A stretch of DNA of 36,197 nt from assembly GCA_018821745.1 (NCBI GenBank), contig JAHJLU010000009.1:1-36197 (forward strand). The letters run 5' to 3'. This stretch comes from Myxococcota bacterium. Lineage in GTDB: Bacteria > Myxococcota_A > Polyangia > HGW-17. Position numbers and translations under genes: made by a program. This document shows positions 8,423 through 17,612 of the stretch, piece by piece (within the stretch, counting starts at the first letter, position 1; each line of letters starts with the position of its first letter). The notes beneath the pieces are model-generated. The model searched no databases and was not told the DNA's origin. It worked only from the letters and a program-made list of their open reading frames with translations.

Positions 8423-9031
8423 TTACCAGGCAGCAGAAGGGACCCCTATTCCTGCCCTCCTCCGGATCGTTTCCATATGAAGTTTTTTCAGAAATCTGGG
8501 GAGATTTCTCCAGATTCGGTGATACCCGTAGCCACCCTTCTTCATCTCCCGGATAGCCTCTTTTTTCGACCACCCCTGCACGGCAACCCGGTACACGGCC
8601 ACCATGACCCCGGTCCTGTCCGCACCATGTTGACAATGGACCAGCACCGGGGTTTTGGAAGGGTCGTTGACAATTTTCAGGAACCGCACCACGTCCTCCA
8701 CCTCGGGGTGCCACGCCTTCACCTGGATGTGCTCATGGAACAGTCCCGTCCCGGTGAGTTTGTCCGTGTCCGAGTGGAGCGCTCGAAGATTCACAACGGT
8801 CTTGATGCCCATGCGTTTCGCCTCACGCATCCCTTCGGCGGTGGGCTGGGCACTCCGGTACAACACGGGAGATACCCGATGCAGATTGGGAAGCCCCGGC
8901 CGGTTCAGTTCCCGAGCCCAGCTGCCGGGTCTGTCAGAAGAGCCTCTGCGGGAACTCTCATCTGAAGAAGAGGAGACCGGGGAACAGTTGAAAAACAAAA
9001 CAATACTGAGGAGAGAAAAATATTTGGTCAT
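8423..9031 (-). CDS. Secreted dual-specificity/tyrosine phosphatase-like protein (HCX5R)
   Basis: The N-terminus is a signal peptide (MTKYFSLLSIVLFFNCSPVSS). The P-loop VLVHCQHGADRTGV matches the HCX5R(S/T) signature. GGGAG lies 5 nt upstream of the ATG. The start is 16 nt downstream of the giant ORF stop on the same strand. Confidence 0.85.
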   Translation of the reverse strand: MTKYFSLLSIVLFFNCSPVSSSSDESSRRGSSDRPGSWARELNRPGLPNLHRVSPVLYRSAQPTAEGMREAKRMGIKTVVNLRALHSDTDKLTGTGLFHEHIQVKAWHPEVEDVVRFLKIVNDPSKTPVLVHCQHGADRTGVMVAVYRVAVQGWSKKEAIREMKKGGYGYHRIWRNLPRFLKKLHMETIRRRAGIGVPSAAW

Positions 9032-9047
9032 GGGTACTCCCGATGTT

Positions 9048-12000
9048 TTACCGTTTGCTGCTCAAATCCTGCAGAAGGGGCTTCACAACATAGGCAGGGG
9101 AGGGAACCGCCTCCACAAACCCCATTCTCACCAACTGGAGAATCGGTTCAGTGAGCTCGGGAACCTGAAAAATAGCCCCCGTTTTTATGGATATTAACAG
9201 ACTAAGGGCCGCCTCACCACCTACCATCGGGGCAAGGGCCATGTGGAGTTCCATCACCTGATCCTCCGCCTTTTGCCCCTTGAGCGAGGCAATCCTCTTT
9301 ATGGTCTCGGTGGGCACTTCAATTCCCAGGGCTCTTGCCTCCTCATAGATTGCCGCGAGGGTCGCCATATCATTTCGCAGCCGATCATGCTCCATCTCCA
9401 CAAATGAGTCGAACTGATCCGCGTCCTTCTGACGATCGGGGATATTGTACACATGCTGTTTGCTCCAGACTCCCCCGGGCCGTGGAATGGGCGGTCTGAG
9501 CGGGAGCGGGGGAGCGTGATCCATTTCGCTTTGCACCGAAGCTACAGAACTCATGGCCCCCATGGAACCCGTCGACCCCTCAATGGGCAGTGGGAAAAAG
9601 CCCGTGGCGGTGGGAATGATGGCCAGAGCGAAAAAATGGTCGGGATAGTCTATCATCCCCTTTTGTGCCAGCCACCCCGTGGCCGCCACAGAAGGTATGC
9701 CCAGGTGACGCAACAGCTCAATAGCCATGGAGTTCAACTCGTAGCAAACACCACGGCCCAGATGATGTCTGCTTTTTCCCGCGTGGAGGATGGCCAGGTG
9801 GTGATTTCCCTTTCCCTTCTTGAGGTTTGACATGACCCGTATCACCTTCTCGTTGCGTTTGAACTGGAGATCATAGATATAGCGAGACTGGACAAACTCC
9901 TGCACTGCCATGGCCTTCTCCCACAGAGAGCGACCCGATTTTTCCATGCGGGCCAGCCATGCCTGTACCTCAATGGGAAGCTTCATCCTCTTGAGTGCAG
10001 GCCTCGTGAGGTCTGAAAAGGCGGAAGGCGCGGTTGTCTCTTCCCCCATGGAGGGCACCTGATACAGCTCCACCTCGTACTGGATGGTCACACTCCCGTG
10101 TGAAGGCACATCCATGGTGATGATGTTCCCTTCCTGCTTCACCCCTATGGCCACCTGTTCTCCCCCGATCACCTCGGGAAAGGCTGCGAGTTTCGAGAAG
10201 AGAGGAACGGGCAGAACACTCCTCCCGGGCATTACCCGACCCTCGAAGAGGACCCTTGCCCCGGTAGTGTGCAGCGTGATTCCTCCCTGGAGGTCTCGGG
10301 GCACATTGGCGGAGGTCCAGACCTGACTGCCCCGATGAAAAGCACCCGCGGCAACATGGATCATGTAACAGTAGGGCGACGGGAGGGCCGCAGGGGAGTA
10401 TGCCAGCCGCACAGCGGGAGGTTGTCGGGAAATGGCTCCAACCGTGTCATGGTTTGCCCAGAGTTGGGAGGGAATATTCTCCCGGGGGGCGAGACAGTTG
10501 GCCCCTTTTCTTGCCCATGCGGGTAGGTCTTCATAAACCACAATATTTTGTTTTTCCTTATCTTTTCCAGATATCCAGCCGAAGAGATTCCATCCTCTCC
10601 CGGAAGGTTCTTCATGGACTTGAGGGGAGACCATCACATCATCGGGGCCCGTGGACACGTTCGTGGAGTGATCCCACGAAGGGTCATCGGGCATTGGTTC
10701 AACTCCCCGGCGTTGCTGGTGCTCCTCACGGCGGGTGAGACCATCCCCGGTGACCCGGTGGCCAAACTTCTGCCCAAAGGTGTGCATCAGATCTGCCAGG
10801 TCCTCCCTCTCTTTGTCGGTCATGACGAGGGACGGCCGATCATCATGGGGTGCGGACACAGACATGGACGGCAGGGGTGCCAGCTCATGAAGGGAGGGGG
10901 CCAGATGCCCGAAAACCTCCGGGGGGATGTCGTTGAGAGTGGGAGCTGTCAGCACGGCGGTCATGGCCTCCACGAGGCTCTCTCCCGGGGAGAGCACTCC
11001 CGCCGCTTCCAGCAGAACCAGCGCGACCGTAGCCATTGCTGCGTCGCCATCATGCTCTGCCTGCTTTGTGATCCGGGACAGCAGCCCGGCCTCTCTCCAG
11101 GGAGTGAAATCTGCTCCCCGCAGCTCGGGATACCCCTCCCTGAGACGCTGGTGAATACCATAATCCAGAACGTCACGAATTCGCCCCTTGAGTGGATGAT
11201 CCTCACCAGAACCCGCACTGATGGCCTGGGGAAAATGTCGCAAGTCCATATAGGCGGACATCCGTTCCCGGGTTCTGTGGGGAAGCACCAGCTCGATGAT
11301 ATCCACCAGCATCTCCTCGGATCGCCCCGTGTACAATGCTGGAATGAGCCCCTGTGCGAGCCCGCTGGAATGGTTTTGGGGTTCTGCCAGCACCTTTTCA
11401 TCCACCAGAAGTACTTTTTGCTTCCGATCATAGATGGCGTCCACGGACTGGGTAACGGAGCCAACACCGGAGAGAACATACTGGACCTTGAGATCCGAAT
11501 AGACTTCGACCGCCCGGTGGTCCAGCACCTCCCTGATCCGATGATAGGCCCACCCTTTTTCATCAAGATCATCACGCTTTCTTTCAATTCGGGGCATACA
11601 ATACCAGAGCGCGTCCAACTGACTCACCAGGGAACTGATGTGGCCCGCCCATTTTTCCGTGACACAGACCTGATCAGCGTTATGCTCAATGGTGTATGCC
11701 TCTCGGAGTCGCCGAATCTTCATCAACTGGTAGAATCGGCTGATATGTTTCTGGTCCTCGGGAGGACCATCCATGGTCAGGAACAGCTCGCCGGTGTCAC
11801 GAAACAGCGCCTCCAGCGTTGGCGTGTCGCTCACGAGGAGCCGCGGGTTGTCACTTGAGACAAGAACGTGGGCACCCTGAGGGTCTGCGATGGCGCGGGC
11901 CAAAATACATGGGGTGTTCTGTGGTCCTCCCTCTTCCCGTGCTCCCAGCCAGGCATAGCAGGAGAGCAGCATGCGGGAGAGGGCGTGATCACCCGAGAGC

Positions 12001-14687
12001 ACGCCGGAAGACCCGCTCTCTGTCACCCCGTCACCAATCTCCCTGAGAAAGTCCCTGACTCTCTGGGGGGTCAGAGTGGCCGCGATGCCAAACTGCCGCG
12101 CAAGAACCGGACAGGACGCTAATCCCCGCTCCCAGTACCCCCATCGGTTGCCGAAAAGCTGCAGTGCCCTGACTCCCACTACCCTCTTGTGGTTGTAAAA
12201 TTCACCATCATCGGAGCAGATCCAGGTCGCACCCTCCATGATTGACGCAAGCTCTCCTCCATTTATCCACCCCTCCTTGAGACCCAGATCTATCCACTGG
12301 TAGACTCTCAGCGGAAGAATTTTATGATCTCTGGAGCTATACTCAATGTACCGAACAACCTCCATAAGACTAATATCCTTGTCGGTTTTTAAATTAAGCG
12401 CTCCAAATACCCGCTCCCCCAGGAGCTCTTTCATCCGTGGATCAGGGAAGAGATCAGGAGAATCACCGATGAGCACTTCCACCTCCAGGGACCGCCTGTA
12501 GAGTTCACCGGGTCGCTTGATCACTGTGCTGCCACTTAAGAGCCAACGAGAAGCCTCCAGGGAGAGCTCCAGCGCTTTTTCATTCAATTCTCCCAACAGG
12601 GCGGCCAGGGAGAGCGCCCATTGTGTGTTTCCAGGGCCATTGATCAACTGATCCTCGAAGAGGGAGAGCGCCGGCAATTGCGGCAGATCAAGCTCTCTGA
12701 GAGCCATTTTAATGTCCTGGGGGTAACGCTCAACACTCACCATGTGGAGATCTTCTTTAAACACCGTGGTCAGATGGGGACACAGGTTTTCCGGGGGGAC
12801 GCAACAGCTGCCCAGCGGTGCAAACGAACCATCGGAGCATTCAAGAAGAATCCCCGGCTCACGGAAAACCTTTTTGTGATGCTCCCTGGGAAGATTTCTC
12901 AGCGCCCAGGTGAGAAGCATGGCCGCTTCTTGCGGGGAATTTGCTGAACAGACCGCTCTGTATTTGGGTAAAAAGTGTTCCTGGACCAGGGTGAGGGGGT
13001 CAGGCCGCCCGATCCCCAGATGGCGCTCCAGCAGGGAAATGCACTGGGAAGGAATCCGCGGGTGGGGGATCCAGTCCATTCCCAGATCCGGCAGCTCTTT
13101 ATGGGTTACCAGCGCCGTGGGCACCTTGAAGGTCCCCAGGGTTGTGGGAAAAAGGGGAAGCTGCAGGAGAACGGCACAGTTTTCTTCAATGGAGAAAAGC
13201 TCCCGCTCGCTGGCAATGATCCACTGGAAAAATCTGTCCGGGGTGTCTCCCTCCCGAAACCGGACCAGGGTTTGGGGCCGGGCTATGAACGCTAAAACCT
13301 CGGTCATGGAGAGGTCGGGCAGTTTTTCTCTGACGGCAGGGTCGAGCAGAGAGAAAAAGCCGTCATGGGCCAGGCGGGAAGCCAGCGTGGTCTCCCCGAG
13401 AAGGGAGAGAGTCGCGACAGAGCACTTGCTGAGCCCGTGAGTAACCAACCGGGAGGCTCCATTGACAGCCAGCGGGAGAGAATCAAGGGGAGTTTTTCTT
13501 TCAAGACCCATCAGGAGATTCACAAAACCGGCACACTTCTCCACGCTGTTCAAAAAGGAGCGCTGATTCACAAGGCTCTCATCGTTCTCGACAAAGCGAC
13601 CAAGGAGTTCCTGTGTGCAGGGGATCATCCCGCTGAAGGTAAAAAGCGACCCAAATTCATTTGCGAATTGTTCTGCCGCCGGGGTCAGAGTGAGGCGGGC
13701 CACCAATTCCCATTCGGGGGACCCTTCCTCCATCAACGCAAGCAGCTCTCGACCCACAATTCCCTCACTGGCGGAGACCGTGACATTTCCCAGAGTGGGA
13801 AACAGCGGCAGGAGGTCAAGATTAAGCAGCTCTCCCTCCTTTACTGCAGTGACAAGTTCCGCGCGCCTCTCGACCAGAACTCCCAGAATCCCTGGATAGC
13901 AATCCAGGGGCAGGGGAGAACCATGGGCCACTTCATTGTGCAATAAAAATTGCTGGAGAAGCTTCACACATTTTACTACGGTAAAGGGGGCCACTGAGAG
14001 GGCCTTGAAATAGGCTCCCACGGACTCTTGATTACCCCCTCCATAGATGGGGACCAGTGGCTGGACGATGAAACGAAGGGGCTCCTCAACCAGATAGGTG
14101 CGCCCCGAATCAAAGGGAAGTGCAGGATCTCCGGGCGGTCGCAAGTTTCCCCTCGTGTCGGGGATGAGGGGTAATCGGAGGCACTGGTTCACATCTGTAC
14201 CGCTGAGGGTTGGGACTGATCCGGAAAGAAAATCCAGGATTTTCCAAAGATTGTTCACAACTTTGGGTAAAAATGGGTGGTCTTCTCCATTGGGCTTATT
14301 GCATGCCTCCTCCAGATGGGCGATGAAGGTCGCCGCAGTGAGCATAAGACACTGATCCGTAAGGTGCAGCTCTCGAACCAATCCGCCAGAGACCGATTCG
14401 GGATCAAGAAAATGGGTGGAAAAAAGCTCCCCATAAAGGGACTTCAGTTGATCTGAATCGCACGCGGCAAGAGTCGAGAGCGTATGAAGATCCCCCTTCT
14501 CACACAAAAAGGCCTCTGCCCCCGCAAGAATCTGGGCACTCTTTCCGTGGATCAGTGCTCTCTTCTCGTACAGAAACTGTATGACCGCATGGATATTCTC
14601 CGGTGTTGGGACAATAAGCAATTCAGCGGAACCGACCCTGGCCAGAGCACCGATGATGGCCGCAACCCCGACGCTCTCGACCCCCAT
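9048..14687 (-). CDS. Giant (1,879 aa) cytoplasmic repeat protein with C-terminal transglutaminase-like cysteine protease/transglutaminase core
   Basis: The frame is uninterrupted with coding-like G/C third positions. About 8 repeats of ~105 aa fill aa 170-950. The transglutaminase-core signature is GRGVCYELNSMAIELLRHLGIPSVAATGW...DHFFALAI (Cys1648 codon 9746..9744, His1684 codon 9638..9636). No signal peptide or TM segment is present. The ATG directly abuts the stop of the upstream GHKL ORF. Confidence 0.85.
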   Translation of the reverse strand: MGVESVGVAAIIGALARVGSAELLIVPTPENIHAVIQFLYEKRALIHGKSAQILAGAEAFLCEKGDLHTLSTLAACDSDQLKSLYGELFSTHFLDPESVSGGLVRELHLTDQCLMLTAATFIAHLEEACNKPNGEDHPFLPKVVNNLWKILDFLSGSVPTLSGTDVNQCLRLPLIPDTRGNLRPPGDPALPFDSGRTYLVEEPLRFIVQPLVPIYGGGNQESVGAYFKALSVAPFTVVKCVKLLQQFLLHNEVAHGSPLPLDCYPGILGVLVERRAELVTAVKEGELLNLDLLPLFPTLGNVTVSASEGIVGRELLALMEEGSPEWELVARLTLTPAAEQFANEFGSLFTFSGMIPCTQELLGRFVENDESLVNQRSFLNSVEKCAGFVNLLMGLERKTPLDSLPLAVNGASRLVTHGLSKCSVATLSLLGETTLASRLAHDGFFSLLDPAVREKLPDLSMTEVLAFIARPQTLVRFREGDTPDRFFQWIIASERELFSIEENCAVLLQLPLFPTTLGTFKVPTALVTHKELPDLGMDWIPHPRIPSQCISLLERHLGIGRPDPLTLVQEHFLPKYRAVCSANSPQEAAMLLTWALRNLPREHHKKVFREPGILLECSDGSFAPLGSCCVPPENLCPHLTTVFKEDLHMVSVERYPQDIKMALRELDLPQLPALSLFEDQLINGPGNTQWALSLAALLGELNEKALELSLEASRWLLSGSTVIKRPGELYRRSLEVEVLIGDSPDLFPDPRMKELLGERVFGALNLKTDKDISLMEVVRYIEYSSRDHKILPLRVYQWIDLGLKEGWINGGELASIMEGATWICSDDGEFYNHKRVVGVRALQLFGNRWGYWERGLASCPVLARQFGIAATLTPQRVRDFLREIGDGVTESGSSGVLSGDHALSRMLLSCYAWLGAREEGGPQNTPCILARAIADPQGAHVLVSSDNPRLLVSDTPTLEALFRDTGELFLTMDGPPEDQKHISRFYQLMKIRRLREAYTIEHNADQVCVTEKWAGHISSLVSQLDALWYCMPRIERKRDDLDEKGWAYHRIREVLDHRAVEVYSDLKVQYVLSGVGSVTQSVDAIYDRKQKVLLVDEKVLAEPQNHSSGLAQGLIPALYTGRSEEMLVDIIELVLPHRTRERMSAYMDLRHFPQAISAGSGEDHPLKGRIRDVLDYGIHQRLREGYPELRGADFTPWREAGLLSRITKQAEHDGDAAMATVALVLLEAAGVLSPGESLVEAMTAVLTAPTLNDIPPEVFGHLAPSLHELAPLPSMSVSAPHDDRPSLVMTDKEREDLADLMHTFGQKFGHRVTGDGLTRREEHQQRRGVEPMPDDPSWDHSTNVSTGPDDVMVSPQVHEEPSGRGWNLFGWISGKDKEKQNIVVYEDLPAWARKGANCLAPRENIPSQLWANHDTVGAISRQPPAVRLAYSPAALPSPYCYMIHVAAGAFHRGSQVWTSANVPRDLQGGITLHTTGARVLFEGRVMPGRSVLPVPLFSKLAAFPEVIGGEQVAIGVKQEGNIITMDVPSHGSVTIQYEVELYQVPSMGEETTAPSAFSDLTRPALKRMKLPIEVQAWLARMEKSGRSLWEKAMAVQEFVQSRYIYDLQFKRNEKVIRVMSNLKKGKGNHHLAILHAGKSRHHLGRGVCYELNSMAIELLRHLGIPSVAATGWLAQKGMIDYPDHFFALAIIPTATGFFPLPIEGSTGSMGAMSSVASVQSEMDHAPPLPLRPPIPRPGGVWSKQHVYNIPDRQKDADQFDSFVEMEHDRLRNDMATLAAIYEEARALGIEVPTETIKRIASLKGQKAEDQVMELHMALAPMVGGEAALSLLISIKTGAIFQVPELTEPILQLVRMGFVEAVPSPAYVVKPLLQDLSSKR

Positions 14688-17612
14688 CTACTTCACGTGT
14701 GATCGTGAAGCCACCTCGGCGTGGAGAAACACTCCCCCTCGAGGGCCCGGGGCAAAAAAGGCCCGCACCCCTTCCTCCATGGGAATAAACACCGCCTCCT
14801 TACCCGCGAGGGGTCGCCCTGCTGCATGCTCATCAGGCCAGATCGGCAGTTTGACCAGCTCCTTTCGCTCCGTGGATGAGAGCTCATCCCTCCCCTCCTC
14901 CAGCAGGCCATGGAGACGAAGCAGAACATCGGGCGTGAGCCGGGGACCGAATCCTTCCTGCATATCCCGCACGAAGGTAGTGAGCGACAGGGCATGAATA
15001 TTGAGCTGCCTCATGATGATTCCCGTGGGGGAATCTTCAGAAACCTGGGGACAAATGACGGGTCGAACTCCCTGGTAGAGTTGGGCCAGACCCCTGGAAA
15101 GGTCAGAGTCACCCGTCCTCAGGGCACCTTTCCGATCCGTAATGTTCCTTGCCAGCGGATAATAGAGACCGTCCATGGCCAAGAACACGGGCAAAGCCGC
15201 CAGACGTATCAGTAAATCACGGTTTTCTTCACAGGCGATGGTGAGGACCAGATCGAGCCGCTCTCTGGTCTGTATCAACTCGACCTCCTCGAGTGAACGA
15301 AGGGGCGGTTTTATCTCCCTGAGTTGTCCCGAAAGATCCTGGATCAGCCGGGCCGTCGTCAGGACATTAACCCCAAGTAAATCAATCAGGTGAGCGCCCT
15401 GGGGTAAATAAGCAGAGTCACCGCGGGCCTCCGGGTCAAATCGTGGATGGACAAAGGAACAAAACCCCTCATACAGTTGGCGCAACGGAGCACTTCCCCT
15501 GAACACACCGGAGTCCCCGATGCTCACCAGCCCACCGCCGGAATCCAGCACCAGGGGCAGTTTTTTCAACTCCTCCAGGATACTAGATCGCTGGGCTTTG
15601 TTGGAGGCCAGCTCATGGAGAAACAGGGTGTAGACAGCGTCCATGGTCTCCCATGATGGATTGTGGAGGAAATGTTCCCGGGGAATACCCGCGGTCCCAC
15701 CGGCCAGCAGCACCTTGAGGTGATCAAGGAGATCACGGACACCAAAGCTTTTTACGCCAAGGAATTTACCCACCTCCATCTGACGCTCGGACAGACGGGG
15801 ATCGGCAAAATAGATTGCAGTCCCCTCCTGCCAGAGGAGATCTCCCACCAGACGGGAAATTTCAGGGGTGGTCACTCTGAGCTCCCCAGGGCACCTCAGG
15901 ATACCCCGCTGGTCGGGAATGAGGGCACGGTCAGCCAGCTCCCGGTGGAGCGTCACCGGGATGGTTTTAAATACAGGGGCATTGAGCTCGTGGGGCAAGG
16001 GAAGAATATCCAGAAAGCCCAGCGCCCTCTCCAGAATTTCCGATTCTTCCCCACCCAGAGAGAGCAGAGTCTCCCGAGCCTTCAGCAGGAGCTCAGGGAC
16101 CTTGGAATTAATCCATCGATTCCAGGCGGAGTCGGAGTCTATGCGCTCCCTGTCAACGGGCACATCAAAGTGTCCCTGTAAAAAGAACCTCAGCCCGGAG
16201 TGCTCCCCCGTGGGGAGATAACTGTAGACGGTGGAATCCAAGGGTTCCAGCGGACAGGGCACTCCGGTATCGCTGCACCGAATACCAATCATAACGCCTG
16301 TTGAATCGGGTTTTCCTGCCTGTCTCTGGAGGCCGCTGCACGAATAGTCATTATCGCACACCAGATAATGGGAGACGGCTCCCGATGGCTCCTGCACAAT
16401 GGAAGATATCGCCCGCTCGCCACGATTAATTTCGTGAATCGCATGGGTCCCGGGTCCCCCCGCATCCTGATTAAGCTCCAGCTCGATATGATCAATACTC
16501 TTGAGGGTAAAGAGCACCACGGGATCAAGCGCACATGCTTTCTCGAAGAGAGCAGACGCGCTCCGGAACTGATCGTCCGGGTTTTTCAGGGGCAATAGCA
16601 GGAGTGTCCCATCCGGAGGATACCCCTCAGGCCTCATTGCGAGGGTTTTTGGAATAGAAACATCCACAATTTCAAATTGATAAGCTCCTGAATACAGTTG
16701 AGGCCGCTCTGTGACCTCGTAAATGGATTTGAACCCCACGCCGAAAAAGCCAATCTGGGATTTGCTTTTGGTGGTCTGCCCTATGGAGGTGATTCCCACC
16801 ACATCCTTGGTGTCAAAGGGAGTCCCGTTGTGCCACACCGCTATCTGATCACGGGCGAAGTAGAGCCTCCACACCGTAGCACCCGAGTCTTCTGCATTTT
16901 GCAAAAGCTCAATGAGAAAGTGACCGGGATCCGTGTACACCTTCTTCGCCAACAGCTCCTCGGCATTGGACTGGGAGACCGCCTTGGGAAAATTGGAGAT
17001 TACCTGCACCGCACCAAGAGCGAGCTCCCTGTGGCGTTCCCGGAACGCCTGGACCACCTGTTGTCCCACCTGCTGCGAGAACTGCTCCAGCTGCATGATG
17101 GCCTCGGCTGAGAGCTGGGCGAGATGGTCAACGGTCAGGGATTCCAGACTCCCGGACTCAAGCCGGGACCGACAGGTCAAGAGGAGCTTCGAGAGATATT
17201 CGTCCCGCTCCCCGGGAAAATTGTGCTTCAGTGCCCTGTCTATCAGACACATGGAGGAGAGCTGCCGCAATGGCATAACCCCCATGGCTGCCGTTAAAAT
17301 TTCACAGAGCGCTCCACGATGCTCACGGTGCTCATCCACCACCTCCAGCATGGTTCTGGTAATTTTATTGACCGCTGTCTCGGAGCGCTCCACCAGAAAT
17401 CTGGCAAAATTCTGCCGGTTCTCCTCGGTACCGAAGTATCCCATGGTAAGCAGATGCCCAGCCAGCCACGAGAGGGGAGAGCTGTCTCGCACCGTAGCGG
17501 CAAGCTCCAGAAGGTGTTCGGGAGACTCCCGGGTGAGTTGATCTGTGAGCCAGTTGATCTGCCCCTTGAGAGGGAGGGATGAAAAAACCTGGTCCGGTTG
17601 CGCTTGGGTCAT
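14688..17612 (-). CDS. Sacsin/NO-VEIN-type GHKL (Hsp90-like, HATPase_c_3-like) ATPase with C-terminal repeat modules
   Basis: Bergerat-fold motifs are present: ELLQNAEDS (16910..16884), VWHNGTPFDTKDVVGITSIGQTTK, IGFFGVGFKSIYEVTERPQLYSG, and the sacsin-type YSYLPTGEHSGLRFFLQGHFDVPVDRERI. I prefer the ATG at 17612 (GAAGGGA upstream). The track start at 17663 would add 17 aa and has no RBS. Confidence 0.88.
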   Translation of the reverse strand: MTQAQPDQVFSSLPLKGQINWLTDQLTRESPEHLLELAATVRDSSPLSWLAGHLLTMGYFGTEENRQNFARFLVERSETAVNKITRTMLEVVDEHREHRGALCEILTAAMGVMPLRQLSSMCLIDRALKHNFPGERDEYLSKLLLTCRSRLESGSLESLTVDHLAQLSAEAIMQLEQFSQQVGQQVVQAFRERHRELALGAVQVISNFPKAVSQSNAEELLAKKVYTDPGHFLIELLQNAEDSGATVWRLYFARDQIAVWHNGTPFDTKDVVGITSIGQTTKSKSQIGFFGVGFKSIYEVTERPQLYSGAYQFEIVDVSIPKTLAMRPEGYPPDGTLLLLPLKNPDDQFRSASALFEKACALDPVVLFTLKSIDHIELELNQDAGGPGTHAIHEINRGERAISSIVQEPSGAVSHYLVCDNDYSCSGLQRQAGKPDSTGVMIGIRCSDTGVPCPLEPLDSTVYSYLPTGEHSGLRFFLQGHFDVPVDRERIDSDSAWNRWINSKVPELLLKARETLLSLGGEESEILERALGFLDILPLPHELNAPVFKTIPVTLHRELADRALIPDQRGILRCPGELRVTTPEISRLVGDLLWQEGTAIYFADPRLSERQMEVGKFLGVKSFGVRDLLDHLKVLLAGGTAGIPREHFLHNPSWETMDAVYTLFLHELASNKAQRSSILEELKKLPLVLDSGGGLVSIGDSGVFRGSAPLRQLYEGFCSFVHPRFDPEARGDSAYLPQGAHLIDLLGVNVLTTARLIQDLSGQLREIKPPLRSLEEVELIQTRERLDLVLTIACEENRDLLIRLAALPVFLAMDGLYYPLARNITDRKGALRTGDSDLSRGLAQLYQGVRPVICPQVSEDSPTGIIMRQLNIHALSLTTFVRDMQEGFGPRLTPDVLLRLHGLLEEGRDELSSTERKELVKLPIWPDEHAAGRPLAGKEAVFIPMEEGVRAFFAPGPRGGVFLHAEVASRSHVK

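Noticed and set aside
10548-11858. 436-aa plus-strand ORF inside the giant minus-strand ORF (also 12910..13440, 13365..13946, 15663..16181, 16933..17541)
   Set aside because: These ORFs lie antisense to a 5.6-kb and a 3-kb uninterrupted frame that contain recognisable GHKL, repeat and transglutaminase motifs. Their translations are R/G/P/H-rich with no motifs. I treat them as shadow ORFs.
14688-14690. TAG between the giant ORFs as a genome-wide reassigned or pyrrolysine codon
   Set aside because: TAG terminates secA (3736..3738), the CoADR-rhodanese gene (8004..8006), ahcY (26739..26741), proC and the kinase at positions matching normal protein ends. TAG is therefore an ordinary stop in this genome. 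Only local readthrough or reinitiation remains plausible.
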